NCBI GenBank assembly: GCA_040769125.1
Contig: JAXGLO010000001.1
Span: 1,565,041 to 1,629,040, forward strand
DNA length: 64,000 nt
Source: Thermoleophilia bacterium
Lineage (GTDB): Bacteria > Actinomycetota > Thermoleophilia > UBA2241
Reading direction: 5' to 3'
The notes below the pieces were generated by a model that had not been told where the DNA came from, made no database searches, and saw nothing but the letters and a program-made list of their open reading frames with translations. Positions 37,910 through 47,841 of this stretch are shown here, one piece after another; position 1 is the stretch's first letter; every line of letters starts with the position of its first letter. A program made the translations under genes and the position numbers.

Positions 37910-40549
37910 CTACGGAAGCCTGATCGATACGACGGCACAGTCGTCGTTGAGCACGCCGTCGGCGTAATCGCGGACAGCCTCGAGCAGCGCGTCGGCCAGC
38001 CCCTGTGACGAGAGATCCAGGCTGGCCATGACCGCCTGCCTCACGCCCCGCTCGCCGAACATCACGCGGTCCCGGCGAGCGTCGGTGATGCCATCCGTGT
38101 ACATAACGATGCGGGCGTCCCGGGGGAGAACCGCGCGGTTCGTGGGATACACGGCCCCGTGGGAGATGCCCACGGGAATATTGCCGTCCGAGGGGATGGG
38201 GAACTCCCCGTCGCCGGCCACCACCACCGGCCGGGGATGCCCGGCGACAGCGTACTCGAACATGCGCCGCGCGACGTCGACGTAGGCCACCACCAGAGTC
38301 ACGAAGGGCTGACCGGGAGTCTGCGTGCTCAGGGCGGCGTTGAGCCGGGACAGAGCCTCCCCCGGCGAGCCCTCGGCCGCGTACGCGCGCAGCATGTATC
38401 GCACGATCGCCGACTGCGCGGCCGCACCGAGGCCCTTCCCGCAGACGTCGCCCACGCTCACCATCAGCCGCCCGCGCCCCAGCATCACGAGGTCATAGAA
38501 GTCGCCGCCCACCCGCGCGGCCTCGGTCGCCGCCCGGTACCGCACGCCCACCTCCACCCCGGGAATGAGCGGCGGCTCCGGAAGCAGAGCGGCCTGGAAG
38601 GTCTCTGCGATGGCGTGCTCGCGCTGGTAGGCCGTGGCGTTGTGCAGGCTGGAGCTGAGCTGGGCAGCGAGCGTGGCCAGGAGCAAGTGATCCTCGTCGT
38701 CGAAGCCCCCGTCGGCCTTGTCGGCAACCACCAGCGCCGACGCCTGAAGGGTGGATTCGGTCTCGAGCGGCGCGATCAGCAGGCCTCCGGCCTCGACCAC
38801 ACTCGCCATCAGGATGTCCCCGCCGCCCGCGGCCGCCTCCACCGACGGCGCAACCGCCGCACCACAGCGCTCGAGGAGATCGGCCTCGGCGGCAGCCCCG
38901 GTCGGGCCGCCCTCCGGACCCGCCAGGGCGAACGCCCGCACCGCGGAGAGCTCGCCGGCGCCGCTCACCACCGCTGCGACACGCGTGTGCACGAGATCGA
39001 CGGCGGCGCCCACCACCTCGTCGAGGATCTCCTGTTCGTCGGCGCGATCGAGCCTCCGGTTGAGGTCGATAGCGAACGATTGCAGGCGTTGCAAGCGACG
39101 CGCCAGGCGATCGCGCCGATCGGTGAGCGCCCGCTCCTGATCGAAGAGTCGCGCCGTGTCGACGGCCAGCGCGGCGAAACGGCAGATGGTCCGCGCCAGC
39201 TCGATCTCCTCTGCGCTCAGGTTCCGCGGTGCGCTGTCGTACATCTCGACCGCCGCCAGCACACGCTCGCGAATGTACAACGGGATGCAGAACTGCGTGC
39301 AGCGGCCAGCGCTCGTGAGCTCGTCCCGCTCCACATGGCTGAGCCGCGGATCGTCGACGCTCGTGACCAGGACAGGGCGACGGCTGGCCACCGCCAGCCC
39401 CGTGACCCCCAGCCGAGTGAGAGGGAACTCGCGTCCGACCCACGACGCCGGCTGAGCGAGGTTACCGTCGATGCTCACGAGAACGCGCACCGTTCCGGCC
39501 TCCTCGTCGACCTCGAACACGTCGCAGGCAGGCATCGCGAGGGCATCGATCAACCGCGACACCACGGCCTCGAGCACCTCGGTCATCTCCAGACTCTGGG
39601 CGAAGTCGAGGCTCGCGTCGCGCACCACCTCGAGGTCGCGACGCCGGCTGCTGATCTCCTGCATCAGGCGGACGTTCTCGATCGCAACCCCCAGGTACCT
39701 GGCGAGGCCACCGGCGACGGCCACCCGCTCCGCGTTGTACTCGCCGGAGGACTGCGGACGATTGTAGACGATCACTCCGATGTCGTGCTCCATGGACCGC
39801 ATAGGAAGTACCAGCATGCGCTCGAACGGCGCCAGCGAGGCCAGGGGTCCGAGCAAAGCCGCAGCGTTGTCGGCCGCCCCGCTCTGCACGATCGCGTCGT
39901 CCCGCAGCGCCTCATCTGCCAGAGGCACGTCCCCGTGCGCAGCGGAGAACGCTTCCGCATGGGCGAGGTGGCCGACGGCAGCGCGCTCGGACCAGCGTCT
40001 GCCTTCACGCACAAGCACGATGCCGTCGCTGGCCCGAAGCAGTTCGCCGAGCCGAGCCACCGCATACTCCAGCAGCTCGTCGAGTTCGGCCGTCTCGCCG
40101 CCACTCATGAGGATGTCGGCGCCGGCTTCGGCAAGCTGGGCGCGGAGCATCGCGTACTCGCTCACGGCGCTGAGGCGGCGTATGAGGTAGGCCAATGCGA
40201 TCAGGCCGGCGCCGGCGAGGCCGCCGTACAGGAGGCTGAACCAGTTGCCCGTGCCCAGGTTGTCCTGGAGCACCATGGCCACGACGGTCAGGAGGCCGGA
40301 GATCACGCCGGCGAAGAGCACGCGGCGCTCGCGACCCGCGAGGGCGAGCAGCATCATCGGGACGAGGTAGAAGCCGGCCATGATCAGGGGGTGAACGAAC
40401 AGGTCGAGAAGGGCCACGACGGCGATGAGGGAGGCAGCCGTCACCCCGACCAGGCGCGAGTGACGCCGCAGCCACACCGTGTGCCTCACGAGGCGCGGGT
40501 GACGCCTGACTGCGGCTTCATGGCTGTTGGTGTGCTCGACGATGGTCAC
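37910..40549 (-). CDS. Membrane GAF-domain PP2C/SpoIIE (RsbU-like) phosphatase
   Basis: N-terminal TMs, about three GAF-like segments, VGGDFYD, GDVCGKG, AGHP, YTDG and DDCAVV motifs. Confidence 0.92.
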   Translation of the reverse strand: MTIVEHTNSHEAAVRRHPRLVRHTVWLRRHSRLVGVTAASLIAVVALLDLFVHPLIMAGFYLVPMMLLALAGRERRVLFAGVISGLLTVVAMVLQDNLGTGNWFSLLYGGLAGAGLIALAYLIRRLSAVSEYAMLRAQLAEAGADILMSGGETAELDELLEYAVARLGELLRASDGIVLVREGRRWSERAAVGHLAHAEAFSAAHGDVPLADEALRDDAIVQSGAADNAAALLGPLASLAPFERMLVLPMRSMEHDIGVIVYNRPQSSGEYNAERVAVAGGLARYLGVAIENVRLMQEISSRRRDLEVVRDASLDFAQSLEMTEVLEAVVSRLIDALAMPACDVFEVDEEAGTVRVLVSIDGNLAQPASWVGREFPLTRLGVTGLAVASRRPVLVTSVDDPRLSHVERDELTSAGRCTQFCIPLYIRERVLAAVEMYDSAPRNLSAEEIELARTICRFAALAVDTARLFDQERALTDRRDRLARRLQRLQSFAIDLNRRLDRADEQEILDEVVGAAVDLVHTRVAAVVSGAGELSAVRAFALAGPEGGPTGAAAEADLLERCGAAVAPSVEAAAGGGDILMASVVEAGGLLIAPLETESTLQASALVVADKADGGFDDEDHLLLATLAAQLSSSLHNATAYQREHAIAETFQAALLPEPPLIPGVEVGVRYRAATEAARVGGDFYDLVMLGRGRLMVSVGDVCGKGLGAAAQSAIVRYMLRAYAAEGSPGEALSRLNAALSTQTPGQPFVTLVVAYVDVARRMFEYAVAGHPRPVVVAGDGEFPIPSDGNIPVGISHGAVYPTNRAVLPRDARIVMYTDGITDARRDRVMFGERGVRQAVMASLDLSSQGLADALLEAVRDYADGVLNDDCAVVSIRLP

Positions 40550-40805
40550 GTGGCTCCCTGCTCCTGAGCATCACGACGATCCGCGCGCTCGCACCTATCC
40601 TACTCCTGCCCGCGAGGGCGCCGGGCGCGGCTCCGCCGGCCCGGCACGGAACCTTCCCTGAGAGCGACTCACGCGGCGCGTCGTAGGCGAGCCTCGCCGA
40701 CCCGGCACGGCGGCAACGTCCACCCTTGTCACCCTCCCACCCGCGCCGCCGGCCTGCTAGCGTGAATCAACGGCCGGAGGCGCACGCCGGCCGGAGGCGC
40801 ACACG

Positions 40806-43754
40806 ATGCCGCAAGCTTGCCCTCCAGATCGCGCCCGCCCTCTTCCGGCGGGGTCGCGCCGCCTCCTGTGCGAGGTGCAGAGCCGCCGCGAGCTGCTCCG
40901 CCGGCTGCGCGCCGAGCACCCGGGCGTACGCTTCGGCGCGCAACGTTCCTGGGGCCACGCCCCGCGCGTACGAACCGGTCGTGTGGGCGCCTGGTGGTGG
41001 GCCGGCTCCCAGGACGACCTGTGCACCCGCGCGCGTGAGATCCTGCTGCAGCTCGTGCTCCCCCTGGTGACCGCGCAGACCCCCGGCTGCTTCGGATTCC
41101 CCTTTGCGGCCGACGTGTTCGCGCCGCGCTCCCTCAGCGTGCAGGAGCGCGACGCCCTCGACGTCGAGGACATCGGCGCGCTCCTGCACCCCGAGACCAC
41201 CGAGGCCGTCGCAGCGGCGCCGCCACAACGATTCCGCGGCGCGCCAATGGGAGCCCGCGCGCCGGGAGCGGGCGGCGGGATCTCTCCGGCCGGCGCCGGC
41301 CGTCGAGGCGCGCGGGTTGATGCCAGCCGCCGAAGCACGCAGGTTGGCGCCGGCCGCCGCGACGCGCATGCCGGCGCGAGCGCCAAGGCGCCCGGCTTCG
41401 ATGCAGGCCTCGACACGTGGCAGCAGGCCGCCGCCGAGCACGAGTGCGGACCAGCGCGCATCCTGGCTCCCGCCGGCGCCGGCAAGACCAAGACGATCGT
41501 CGCGCGAGTCCGCACCCTGCTCGCCCGCGGCGTCGCGCCGGAGAGCGTCCTGCTCCTCGCCTTCAATCGCAAGGCCGCCGAACAGTTCGAGGAGCGACTC
41601 GAAGCGCAGGGCGTCCCCACCACGCGACGCCTCTGCGAAGCTCACGGCGCCGTCCACTGCGCGACGTTCAACGCATTCGGCGCGCGCTACCTGCGCGAGA
41701 TCGCCGACGCCCGGGTCCACCTCGACACCAACGGCCACGCCCAGCGCGAACTCATGTCGCAGGCGCTCACCGACGCCAGCTACGCCATCGCCGCCCTGCG
41801 CCCGCCGCGCGGCAGCGATCCCCTGGGCGCCTTCCTGGCCACGCTGGCGCGCGTGCGCGCCGGGCTCGAGGCGCCGGAGGCACTCACCGTATCCGTGGAC
41901 TCCCTCGGCGAAGAGCCGGTCATCCACGTTCCTTTCGCTCCGGTCCACACTGCCTACATGCAGCGCCAGCTGGTCACCGGATGTCAATCCTTCGACGACC
42001 AGGTCTACTTCGCGGTTGCCGACCTCCTGGCGCACCCCACCCGCCGGAGAGCTATGCAGAGCCGTTTCAGACACGTCCTCGTCGATGAGTTCCAGGATCT
42101 CAACGGAGCCCAGCTCGCCCTCGTGGACGTGCTCTCGCGGCCGCAGCGCGACCTCTTCGTGGTCGGCGACGACGACCAGCTCATCTACGGCTGGCGCCAC
42201 GCCGACCCAGACGGCATCCTCGGCTTTCACGAACGCATGCCTCCCCGTCCGTGGTCGGCCACGTACACGCTCGGCACCAACTACCGCTGTGCCGGCTCGG
42301 TGATCGAGGCGTCCGCCCGGCTCATCGTCAACAACGTCCGCCGCGAGCCCAAGACCATACGGCCGCGCGACGGTGCCCCTTATGGATCCGTGCGCTTCGC
42401 GGGATCAGATACCTGGCAGGAGCGCGCAGCCGCCATGTGCGCGTTTCTGCACACGCAGAAGTCGCGCCTCGGCTGCGACTGGCGCGAGCTGGCCGTCCTC
42501 TGCCGCTACCGCTCACAGCAGCTGCCGGTGGCGCTCGCCCTCGACCAGGCCGGCGTACCCCGCAGCCCCGCCCTCGGCTGCCGCCTCTTCACCCACCCTG
42601 CGGCGAGGCTCCTGCGCGCCTGCATCACCCTCGCGCGTGAGCCGCACCGAGCCACCGGCGAACAGTTACGCCGCGTGCTCACGCAGACCGCGCGCGCTGT
42701 ACGCAACGCCGACCTCGAGCGCGTGGCCGCCGCCCGCGAGCCGTGGAGCGAGCTCCTGACCCTCGCGGCCGCAGAGGGCGCCGTGCGGCCGGGTCCGTTC
42801 ACGACGCTGCGAGACGAGGCCAGCGCCACCGCCGCGGCCCTCGCCGGCGCGCCCGGCCTCACGTCCGCGGAGCTCGTCTGGGCCGCGATCGACGGCTTCG
42901 ACCTCGAAGCGACCTGGGATCGCCTGCACGAGGCCGGCGCGCCGCGCGACGAAGCCGGCCCCTTCGAGGTGCTCGACGCGCTGCTGCTCGTGGCGGAGAC
43001 GTTCCCCGACCCCGCCGCCTACGAGCGAGCCTGGGACCGCCTGCTGGCCGACGAAGACAGGGACCGAATCGACAATGACGCGTCCTCTGCCGGCCCGCCC
43101 AGCAGTTCCGCCGTCGGATCCGCCGACCCGAGCGTGGCCGGCGGCGACGACCGCGTCGCCATCCTCACCATCCACGCAGCCAAAGGCCGCGAGTATCACG
43201 CGGTCGTCATCCCCGACTACGACTGCGACCTCACGCGCCTCGAGCCTGGTCAGCTCGAGGAGGAGCGCCGCGTTCTGTACGTGGGCGTCACACGCGCCCG
43301 TCACGGCATCCTGCTCACGCTCGACACCTCCCGACCGTACCGGCACCCCTTCCTCCGCGAGCTGGTGAAGGCGCCGCTCCCCGGAGAGCATGCCGCGCTC
43401 ACGGCCCAGCTAATCGACGGCCAGAAGCCGCCCGTGGCGGGCGGCCCTGAACGAGCAGCCGAGGAGGCCGGAATGGTGGCCGAAGAGGCCGGAATGGTGG
43501 CCGGGCAGGCCGAGGAGGCCGGAATGGCGACCGGACGGGCTGAGGAGGCCGGAATGGCGACCAGGAAGGTCGGATTGACGGCCGGCAGAGCCGAATTGGC
43601 GGCCGGGCAGGCCGGAATGACGACCGCGTCGCCGGCCCGGGAGGCGGGCCCAGACGGACGACCCGCGCGACTGAGAGAGCGCCTCGACGAGATCGAGCTG
43701 CTGTTTCCCGAGTCCGTGCCGGATCCGCCCCACGAGGGCCACGTGGCGAGCTGA
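40806..43754 (+). CDS. Second UvrD/Rep-like SF1A helicase with N- and C-terminal extensions
   Basis: APAGAGKT, AFNRKAA, DEFQD, GDDDQLIYGWR, NYRC, TIHAAKGREY and EERRVLYVGVTRA motifs. Confidence 0.9.
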   Translation: MPQACPPDRARPLPAGSRRLLCEVQSRRELLRRLRAEHPGVRFGAQRSWGHAPRVRTGRVGAWWWAGSQDDLCTRAREILLQLVLPLVTAQTPGCFGFPFAADVFAPRSLSVQERDALDVEDIGALLHPETTEAVAAAPPQRFRGAPMGARAPGAGGGISPAGAGRRGARVDASRRSTQVGAGRRDAHAGASAKAPGFDAGLDTWQQAAAEHECGPARILAPAGAGKTKTIVARVRTLLARGVAPESVLLLAFNRKAAEQFEERLEAQGVPTTRRLCEAHGAVHCATFNAFGARYLREIADARVHLDTNGHAQRELMSQALTDASYAIAALRPPRGSDPLGAFLATLARVRAGLEAPEALTVSVDSLGEEPVIHVPFAPVHTAYMQRQLVTGCQSFDDQVYFAVADLLAHPTRRRAMQSRFRHVLVDEFQDLNGAQLALVDVLSRPQRDLFVVGDDDQLIYGWRHADPDGILGFHERMPPRPWSATYTLGTNYRCAGSVIEASARLIVNNVRREPKTIRPRDGAPYGSVRFAGSDTWQERAAAMCAFLHTQKSRLGCDWRELAVLCRYRSQQLPVALALDQAGVPRSPALGCRLFTHPAARLLRACITLAREPHRATGEQLRRVLTQTARAVRNADLERVAAAREPWSELLTLAAAEGAVRPGPFTTLRDEASATAAALAGAPGLTSAELVWAAIDGFDLEATWDRLHEAGAPRDEAGPFEVLDALLLVAETFPDPAAYERAWDRLLADEDRDRIDNDASSAGPPSSSAVGSADPSVAGGDDRVAILTIHAAKGREYHAVVIPDYDCDLTRLEPGQLEEERRVLYVGVTRARHGILLTLDTSRPYRHPFLRELVKAPLPGEHAALTAQLIDGQKPPVAGGPERAAEEAGMVAEEAGMVAGQAEEAGMATGRAEEAGMATRKVGLTAGRAELAAGQAGMTTASPAREAGPDGRPARLRERLDEIELLFPESVPDPPHEGHVAS
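43458..43620 (+). repeat. Coding tandem repeats (AEEAGM) in the helicase tail
   Basis: GCCGAGGAGGCCGGAATG-type units repeated 4-5 times. Confidence 0.85.
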
Positions 43755-43765
43755 CGCCAGGGCGG

Positions 43766-43872
43766 CAGGCGCACGAGGGAGCATCAGACGCACGAGGAAT
43801 GACAGGCGCACGAGGAGGCGGCAGCCGCACGAGGGGCGGCAGGCGCACGAGGGGACGACAGGCGCACGAGCG
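43766..43872. repeat. Six copies of CAG(G/A/C)CGCACGAG, 18-19 bp period
   Basis: Six consecutive units in the gap between the convergent helicase and FmdB genes. Confidence 0.88.
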
Positions 43873-43916
43873 AGCAGCATCTGGCTGACGGAACTCGAGA
43901 CCGCCCAGCGCCCGCG

Positions 43917-44081
43917 TCAGTACTTCTCGGGTGGCGGTGATGAAAACTCGGCGGTGAACTTCTGCGCGACGTCGCGGCTGCCGCACTTGGGGCAGACCGC
44001 CTTGGCGTCGTGCTCAGCGATGCGGCAGGTGACCTCGAAGTGCGCCTGGCATTGCCGGCATGTGTACTCATAGACGGCCAT
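43917..44081 (-). CDS. FmdB-family zinc-ribbon regulatory protein
   Basis: MAVYEYTCRQC...FEV...CPKCGS motif; SD GGGGTGA. Confidence 0.88.
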   Translation of the reverse strand: MAVYEYTCRQCQAHFEVTCRIAEHDAKAVCPKCGSRDVAQKFTAEFSSPPPEKY

Positions 44082-44197
44082 GGCTTCACCCCCTTTCACC
44101 GTATCCGCGCCCTGTAGGACTGAACTACCCGTCCGCGCGCGAATCATGCCGTTGACGCACCGTTAGCGGAGCCCGCCGCGCAGGTCGGCGAACCGAC

Positions 44198-45628
44198 TTA
44201 GTCGGCGCTAGCCGGAGGGCCCTCGTCGCCCAGCTCACCGCCGTCCGCGAGCCTGCTGTCACCCACGGGCTCACCGCCGCCCACCGGCTCGCTGCCACCC
44301 ACGGGCCCGCTGCCTCCCGCAGCTTCACCGCCGCCCACAGGCTCTGCCTCCCCATCGGCCGGGCAGAGATCAAGCACGCGATTAGCCTCGTCAGGGGGAA
44401 GCTGCTCGACGGCGCGAAGCTTGCGCTCCATGGCCCGTGTACGCACGCCCGTCTTCTCGATGGTGCGACTCGCGGTCTCGAGCTGGCGTTTGACGGTGGC
44501 GAGCACCTCGCCGAACTTGCCGAACTCCGTCTTGACCGCAGCCAGCACACGCCATACCTCAACCGCCCGCTGCTCGATGGCCAGTGTCTGGAAACCCATA
44601 CGAAGACTGCTGAGAAGGGCGGCAAGAGTTGTAGGCCCCGCTACGACAACGCGATAGCGCTGCTGTAGCTCCTCGACCAGCGCCGTCTGCCTCACGACCT
44701 CGGCGTACAGCCCCTCGGTGCCGAGGAACATGATCGCGAAGTCGGTGGTATGCGGAGGCCTCACGTACTTCGTGTGGACATCCTGCCCTGCCAGGCGAAT
44801 CGCCCTGGCGAGCCCCTCTGCCGCCCGCTGCGCGGCCTCTGCGTCGCCGATCTCAGCGGCGTCCTGGATACGTGCGTAGTCCTCTTGTGGGAATTTGGCG
44901 TCGATCGGGAGCCAGATACAGCTGCCAGGTTCGTCTTCGGGCCCCGGCAGCCGCACCGCGTACTCGACCACCTGGGAAGCACCCTCCTCGACGTGGACGT
45001 TGCGCTCGAACTGGCCCGGCGCCAGCATCTCCTCGAGCAGGGCTCCGAGCTGAACCTCAGCCCAGGTGCCGCGCGCCTTGACGTTGGTGAGCACGCGCTT
45101 CAGGTCGCCAACGCCGACGGCGAGGCTCTGCATCTCCCCCAGGCCTTTCTGCACCGACTCGAGCTGCTCGCTGACGAGCTTGAAGGACTCGCCGAGGCGC
45201 CTCTCGAGTGTGGTCTGGAGCTTCTCGTCGACGGTCCTCCGCATCTCCTCGAGCTTCCGCTCGTTGCCGTCCTGCAGCTCTCTGACGCGCGCGTCGATCG
45301 TGCCGCGCAAGCGCTCGATGGAGGTCTGGTTGGATTGCACGAGTTCCGTGAGGCTCCGTGTAACGTCGCTGAGCTGGGCGCGCTGCACGGTGGCCATCCC
45401 CTCAAGCGTGCCGGCCAGCGTCTCGTTGGCGCCGGCCAGGCCGCGAGCGAGCTCCTGCCGCGCCTCGCGCTCCGCCTTGCCCGCCTCTTCGCGGCCGGCG
45501 CGGAGCTCGGCTCGGAGAACCTGGACGCCACCCCGGGAGTCGACCGAGCTGCGTACCAGCAGCACGATCAGCAGCACAGCGTCGGCGGCGACCACCAGAA
45601 GAAGCAGCCAGAGAACGGTGTCGTTCAT
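44198..45628 (-). CDS. rmuC: DNA recombination protein RmuC
   Basis: N-terminal TM and coiled coil; RGTWAEVQL, LPIDAKFP, PPHTTDFAIMFL and GPTTLAALL motifs; (GGGEPV)-type repeat tail. Confidence 0.93.
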   Translation of the reverse strand: MNDTVLWLLLLVVAADAVLLIVLLVRSSVDSRGGVQVLRAELRAGREEAGKAEREARQELARGLAGANETLAGTLEGMATVQRAQLSDVTRSLTELVQSNQTSIERLRGTIDARVRELQDGNERKLEEMRRTVDEKLQTTLERRLGESFKLVSEQLESVQKGLGEMQSLAVGVGDLKRVLTNVKARGTWAEVQLGALLEEMLAPGQFERNVHVEEGASQVVEYAVRLPGPEDEPGSCIWLPIDAKFPQEDYARIQDAAEIGDAEAAQRAAEGLARAIRLAGQDVHTKYVRPPHTTDFAIMFLGTEGLYAEVVRQTALVEELQQRYRVVVAGPTTLAALLSSLRMGFQTLAIEQRAVEVWRVLAAVKTEFGKFGEVLATVKRQLETASRTIEKTGVRTRAMERKLRAVEQLPPDEANRVLDLCPADGEAEPVGGGEAAGGSGPVGGSEPVGGGEPVGDSRLADGGELGDEGPPASAD

Positions 45629-45771
45629 GCATCACGCTCCGTGATCGGGAATGGAGCCCAGTATGACGTATGAGCCGGACGACAACGACACAAGGCGGCG
45701 CCGGACGGCGGTGAGCTCTCCGCCGACGCCGCGCCGACGCCCGCCGAGCCACCAGACCAGGTCGACCTGCG

Positions 45772-47031
45772 CTACGGCACGCGATACACCCGAATTCTGG
45801 TCTGCCACTCGCGCCGCGACGTTGACGTGAGGGTATTGTCGCGGCAAGCGATGAAGGCATGCTCCAGCTCCGGCGCGCCTATCGCACTCCGCCACCAGCC
45901 GTCGTCGATGCTCGTCGCCACGAGCACCAGGCTCGTCATGTCGGCGAGGCGGAGCGCACGCAGCTCCGCGGTGTCGCCGGCTGCCGATGCGCCGGAGCTC
46001 TGCGTACGGAAGAAGAGGTACCCTCCGACGAAGCACGGATCGACGGCGAGGCCCCCCTCCGAGAAGACGCGCCCTTCGCCGTCGCGCAGGTAGAGCAGCG
46101 GAAATGTAGCCTCAGCGCTTGGAAAGGGCGCCCAGGCAAGCCAGCCGTCGCGCCAGGCAGGCCAGTGCGAGAGCGGATGCTCGTTGCCGGCGTCGAAGGC
46201 GGCGAGACGCCGTCCGGTATCGATGTCGAGCACCGTGAAGCGACTCGCCGGCGAATCCTGTTGCAGCACCTCGCTGACGATCACCTCTCCGCGACGGCAG
46301 CCGACCGTCTCGAGGACACCATACGACCGGTAGAGGACGCGGCGCTGCCGTGAAATGAGGTCGAACACCGTGAGCCGCGACGAGGCAGCCTTGCCACCCT
46401 TCGCCCACGCAGTGGTCACCCAGGCCAGACGTGAGCCCGAGAGGTCGAACAGCGGCCGTTTCCCCTCGGTGTTGAGAGCAGAGGCGACGAGTCGCGGCTT
46501 GCCGACGACGAGAGAGGCACGGTCCAGCCGGGCCGCGTACAGCCGCCAGGGTACCTGCTCGATGAGATCGTCGCCGGGGCCAACCTCCTCCCAGGCGATC
46601 CAGCCGTCGGAGAGCCGTACGCCGCCGATCCAGTACCCGGGGCTGCCCCGGTACGTGGCGCGCGCGAGCGCACAACGGGTCCTGCCCGTAGTTGCGTCCA
46701 TGAGCACCAGCTCGCTGCCCTCCGGCACGTTGCGCTCGAAGGCCGCCACCCGATCCGTCGCGTCGGCGAGGCTGAGCGAGCCGGCGCAGCGGTACTCGCG
46801 ATACGGCAGTTCGAGTCGCTCGGCCGAGCGCGAGAACATTTTGGCGCCCTCGGTGTCGAGACGCTCTACCGCAGCCGCCGGAGCAGCAGAGGGACTGCTC
46901 GACGGCGCCGCCGATGAAGGCGGCGCCGTCGAGCTGCCGCAGGCCGCCGTGCCGACGGCGGCCACCAGGGAGAAGAGCACGACCAGGAGGCCTGCCACGC
47001 GCTCCGCGCTCGATCGTAGATGTCGTTTCAT
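45772..47031 (-). CDS. Putative lipoprotein, beta-propeller-like
   Basis: Signal peptide with lipobox TAAC, Ser/Ala/Pro linker, repeated W-rich beta-strand motifs (LSDGWIAW, LSGSRLAW, WRDGWLAW); SD AGGAGG. Confidence 0.7.
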   Translation of the reverse strand: MKRHLRSSAERVAGLLVVLFSLVAAVGTAACGSSTAPPSSAAPSSSPSAAPAAAVERLDTEGAKMFSRSAERLELPYREYRCAGSLSLADATDRVAAFERNVPEGSELVLMDATTGRTRCALARATYRGSPGYWIGGVRLSDGWIAWEEVGPGDDLIEQVPWRLYAARLDRASLVVGKPRLVASALNTEGKRPLFDLSGSRLAWVTTAWAKGGKAASSRLTVFDLISRQRRVLYRSYGVLETVGCRRGEVIVSEVLQQDSPASRFTVLDIDTGRRLAAFDAGNEHPLSHWPAWRDGWLAWAPFPSAEATFPLLYLRDGEGRVFSEGGLAVDPCFVGGYLFFRTQSSGASAAGDTAELRALRLADMTSLVLVATSIDDGWWRSAIGAPELEHAFIACRDNTLTSTSRREWQTRIRVYRVP

Positions 47032-47058
47032 GGCTCGGCCTCCTGAAAGTCGCGGTGA

Positions 47059-47841
47059 TCAGTACACGACCTGCTGGCTGGCGCTGGCAACGACGCCGCC
47101 GGCCACCACCGCCTTCTTGTAGGTCTTCTTGCCGTAAGTGTCGCCGCCCGCGGAGCCATGCCCCAGTGGCGGCGGTGCGTTCTCGGGGTAAGGGTCGTCC
47201 ACCTGGATGAAGCCGAAGCGCCAGTCGAAGCCGCGCCCACAGACGATGTGACCCGTATGGTCGAGCTGGTAGTTGGGCCAGTTGCTGGCGAAGATGCGCA
47301 GGCCGTACGCGACCGGACGACCCTTCTGGTAGATCCCGTACTCGGTGCGGTTGTAGACAGAGGTCGCTGTATTGCCGCTGGAGTACGCGTACCTGCGACC
47401 GGTGACCTCTTTGAGGCCCATGGCCATCACCCACATGTTGCCGCCGCCGGCGTCGGTCCAGAGCGGCACGCCACCGTAGCGGTACCGCGCCCACTGCCGC
47501 TGCGTCCAGTGGGCTTTCGCGCCGCGCAGGAAGTGATCGATGATCGTGGTGGTCGCCGGGACACAGAAGTCGTTGCGCACCTGCTTGTGGCTCGTGGTGT
47601 CGAGCAGGCGGTGCGGAGCATCCACGAGCGTGCGCGCAGGGCGTACGCTCGGCCCGCCACGGGCGGCGAGCCAACTTTGATACTCCGCCTCACCATCGGC
47701 GAAGTAGGACTTGGCAGCAGACGGAATGGCGGCGGCGCTCGCCGGGTCGTCGACCAGTGCGGCAGCGTAAGCCGCCGCCGGCAGGCAGACCAACGCCAGG
47801 CAGCTCAGGCACGCACAGGTGAGGGCTCTTCGGATGTTCAT
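47059..47841 (-). CDS. Secreted C39-like (papain-fold) cysteine peptidase
   Basis: Signal peptide ending AYA; Q-x5-C (KQVRNDFCVPA), GHIV...GFD and DDP motifs giving a Cys/His/Asp triad. Confidence 0.72.
   Translation of the reverse strand: MNIRRALTCACLSCLALVCLPAAAYAAALVDDPASAAAIPSAAKSYFADGEAEYQSWLAARGGPSVRPARTLVDAPHRLLDTTSHKQVRNDFCVPATTTIIDHFLRGAKAHWTQRQWARYRYGGVPLWTDAGGGNMWVMAMGLKEVTGRRYAYSSGNTATSVYNRTEYGIYQKGRPVAYGLRIFASNWPNYQLDHTGHIVCGRGFDWRFGFIQVDDPYPENAPPPLGHGSAGGDTYGKKTYKKAVVAGGVVASASQQVVY

Noticed and set aside
43766-43872. CRISPR array
   Set aside because: The 12-bp repeat and 6-7 bp linkers are far too short.
35493-45628. WYL protein + helicase + RmuC as an anti-phage defence island
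   Set aside because: The genes are in mixed orientations and interrupted by unrelated ones. The WYL protein looks PafBC-like rather than BrxR/CapW-like, and there are no effector nucleases or composition shift.
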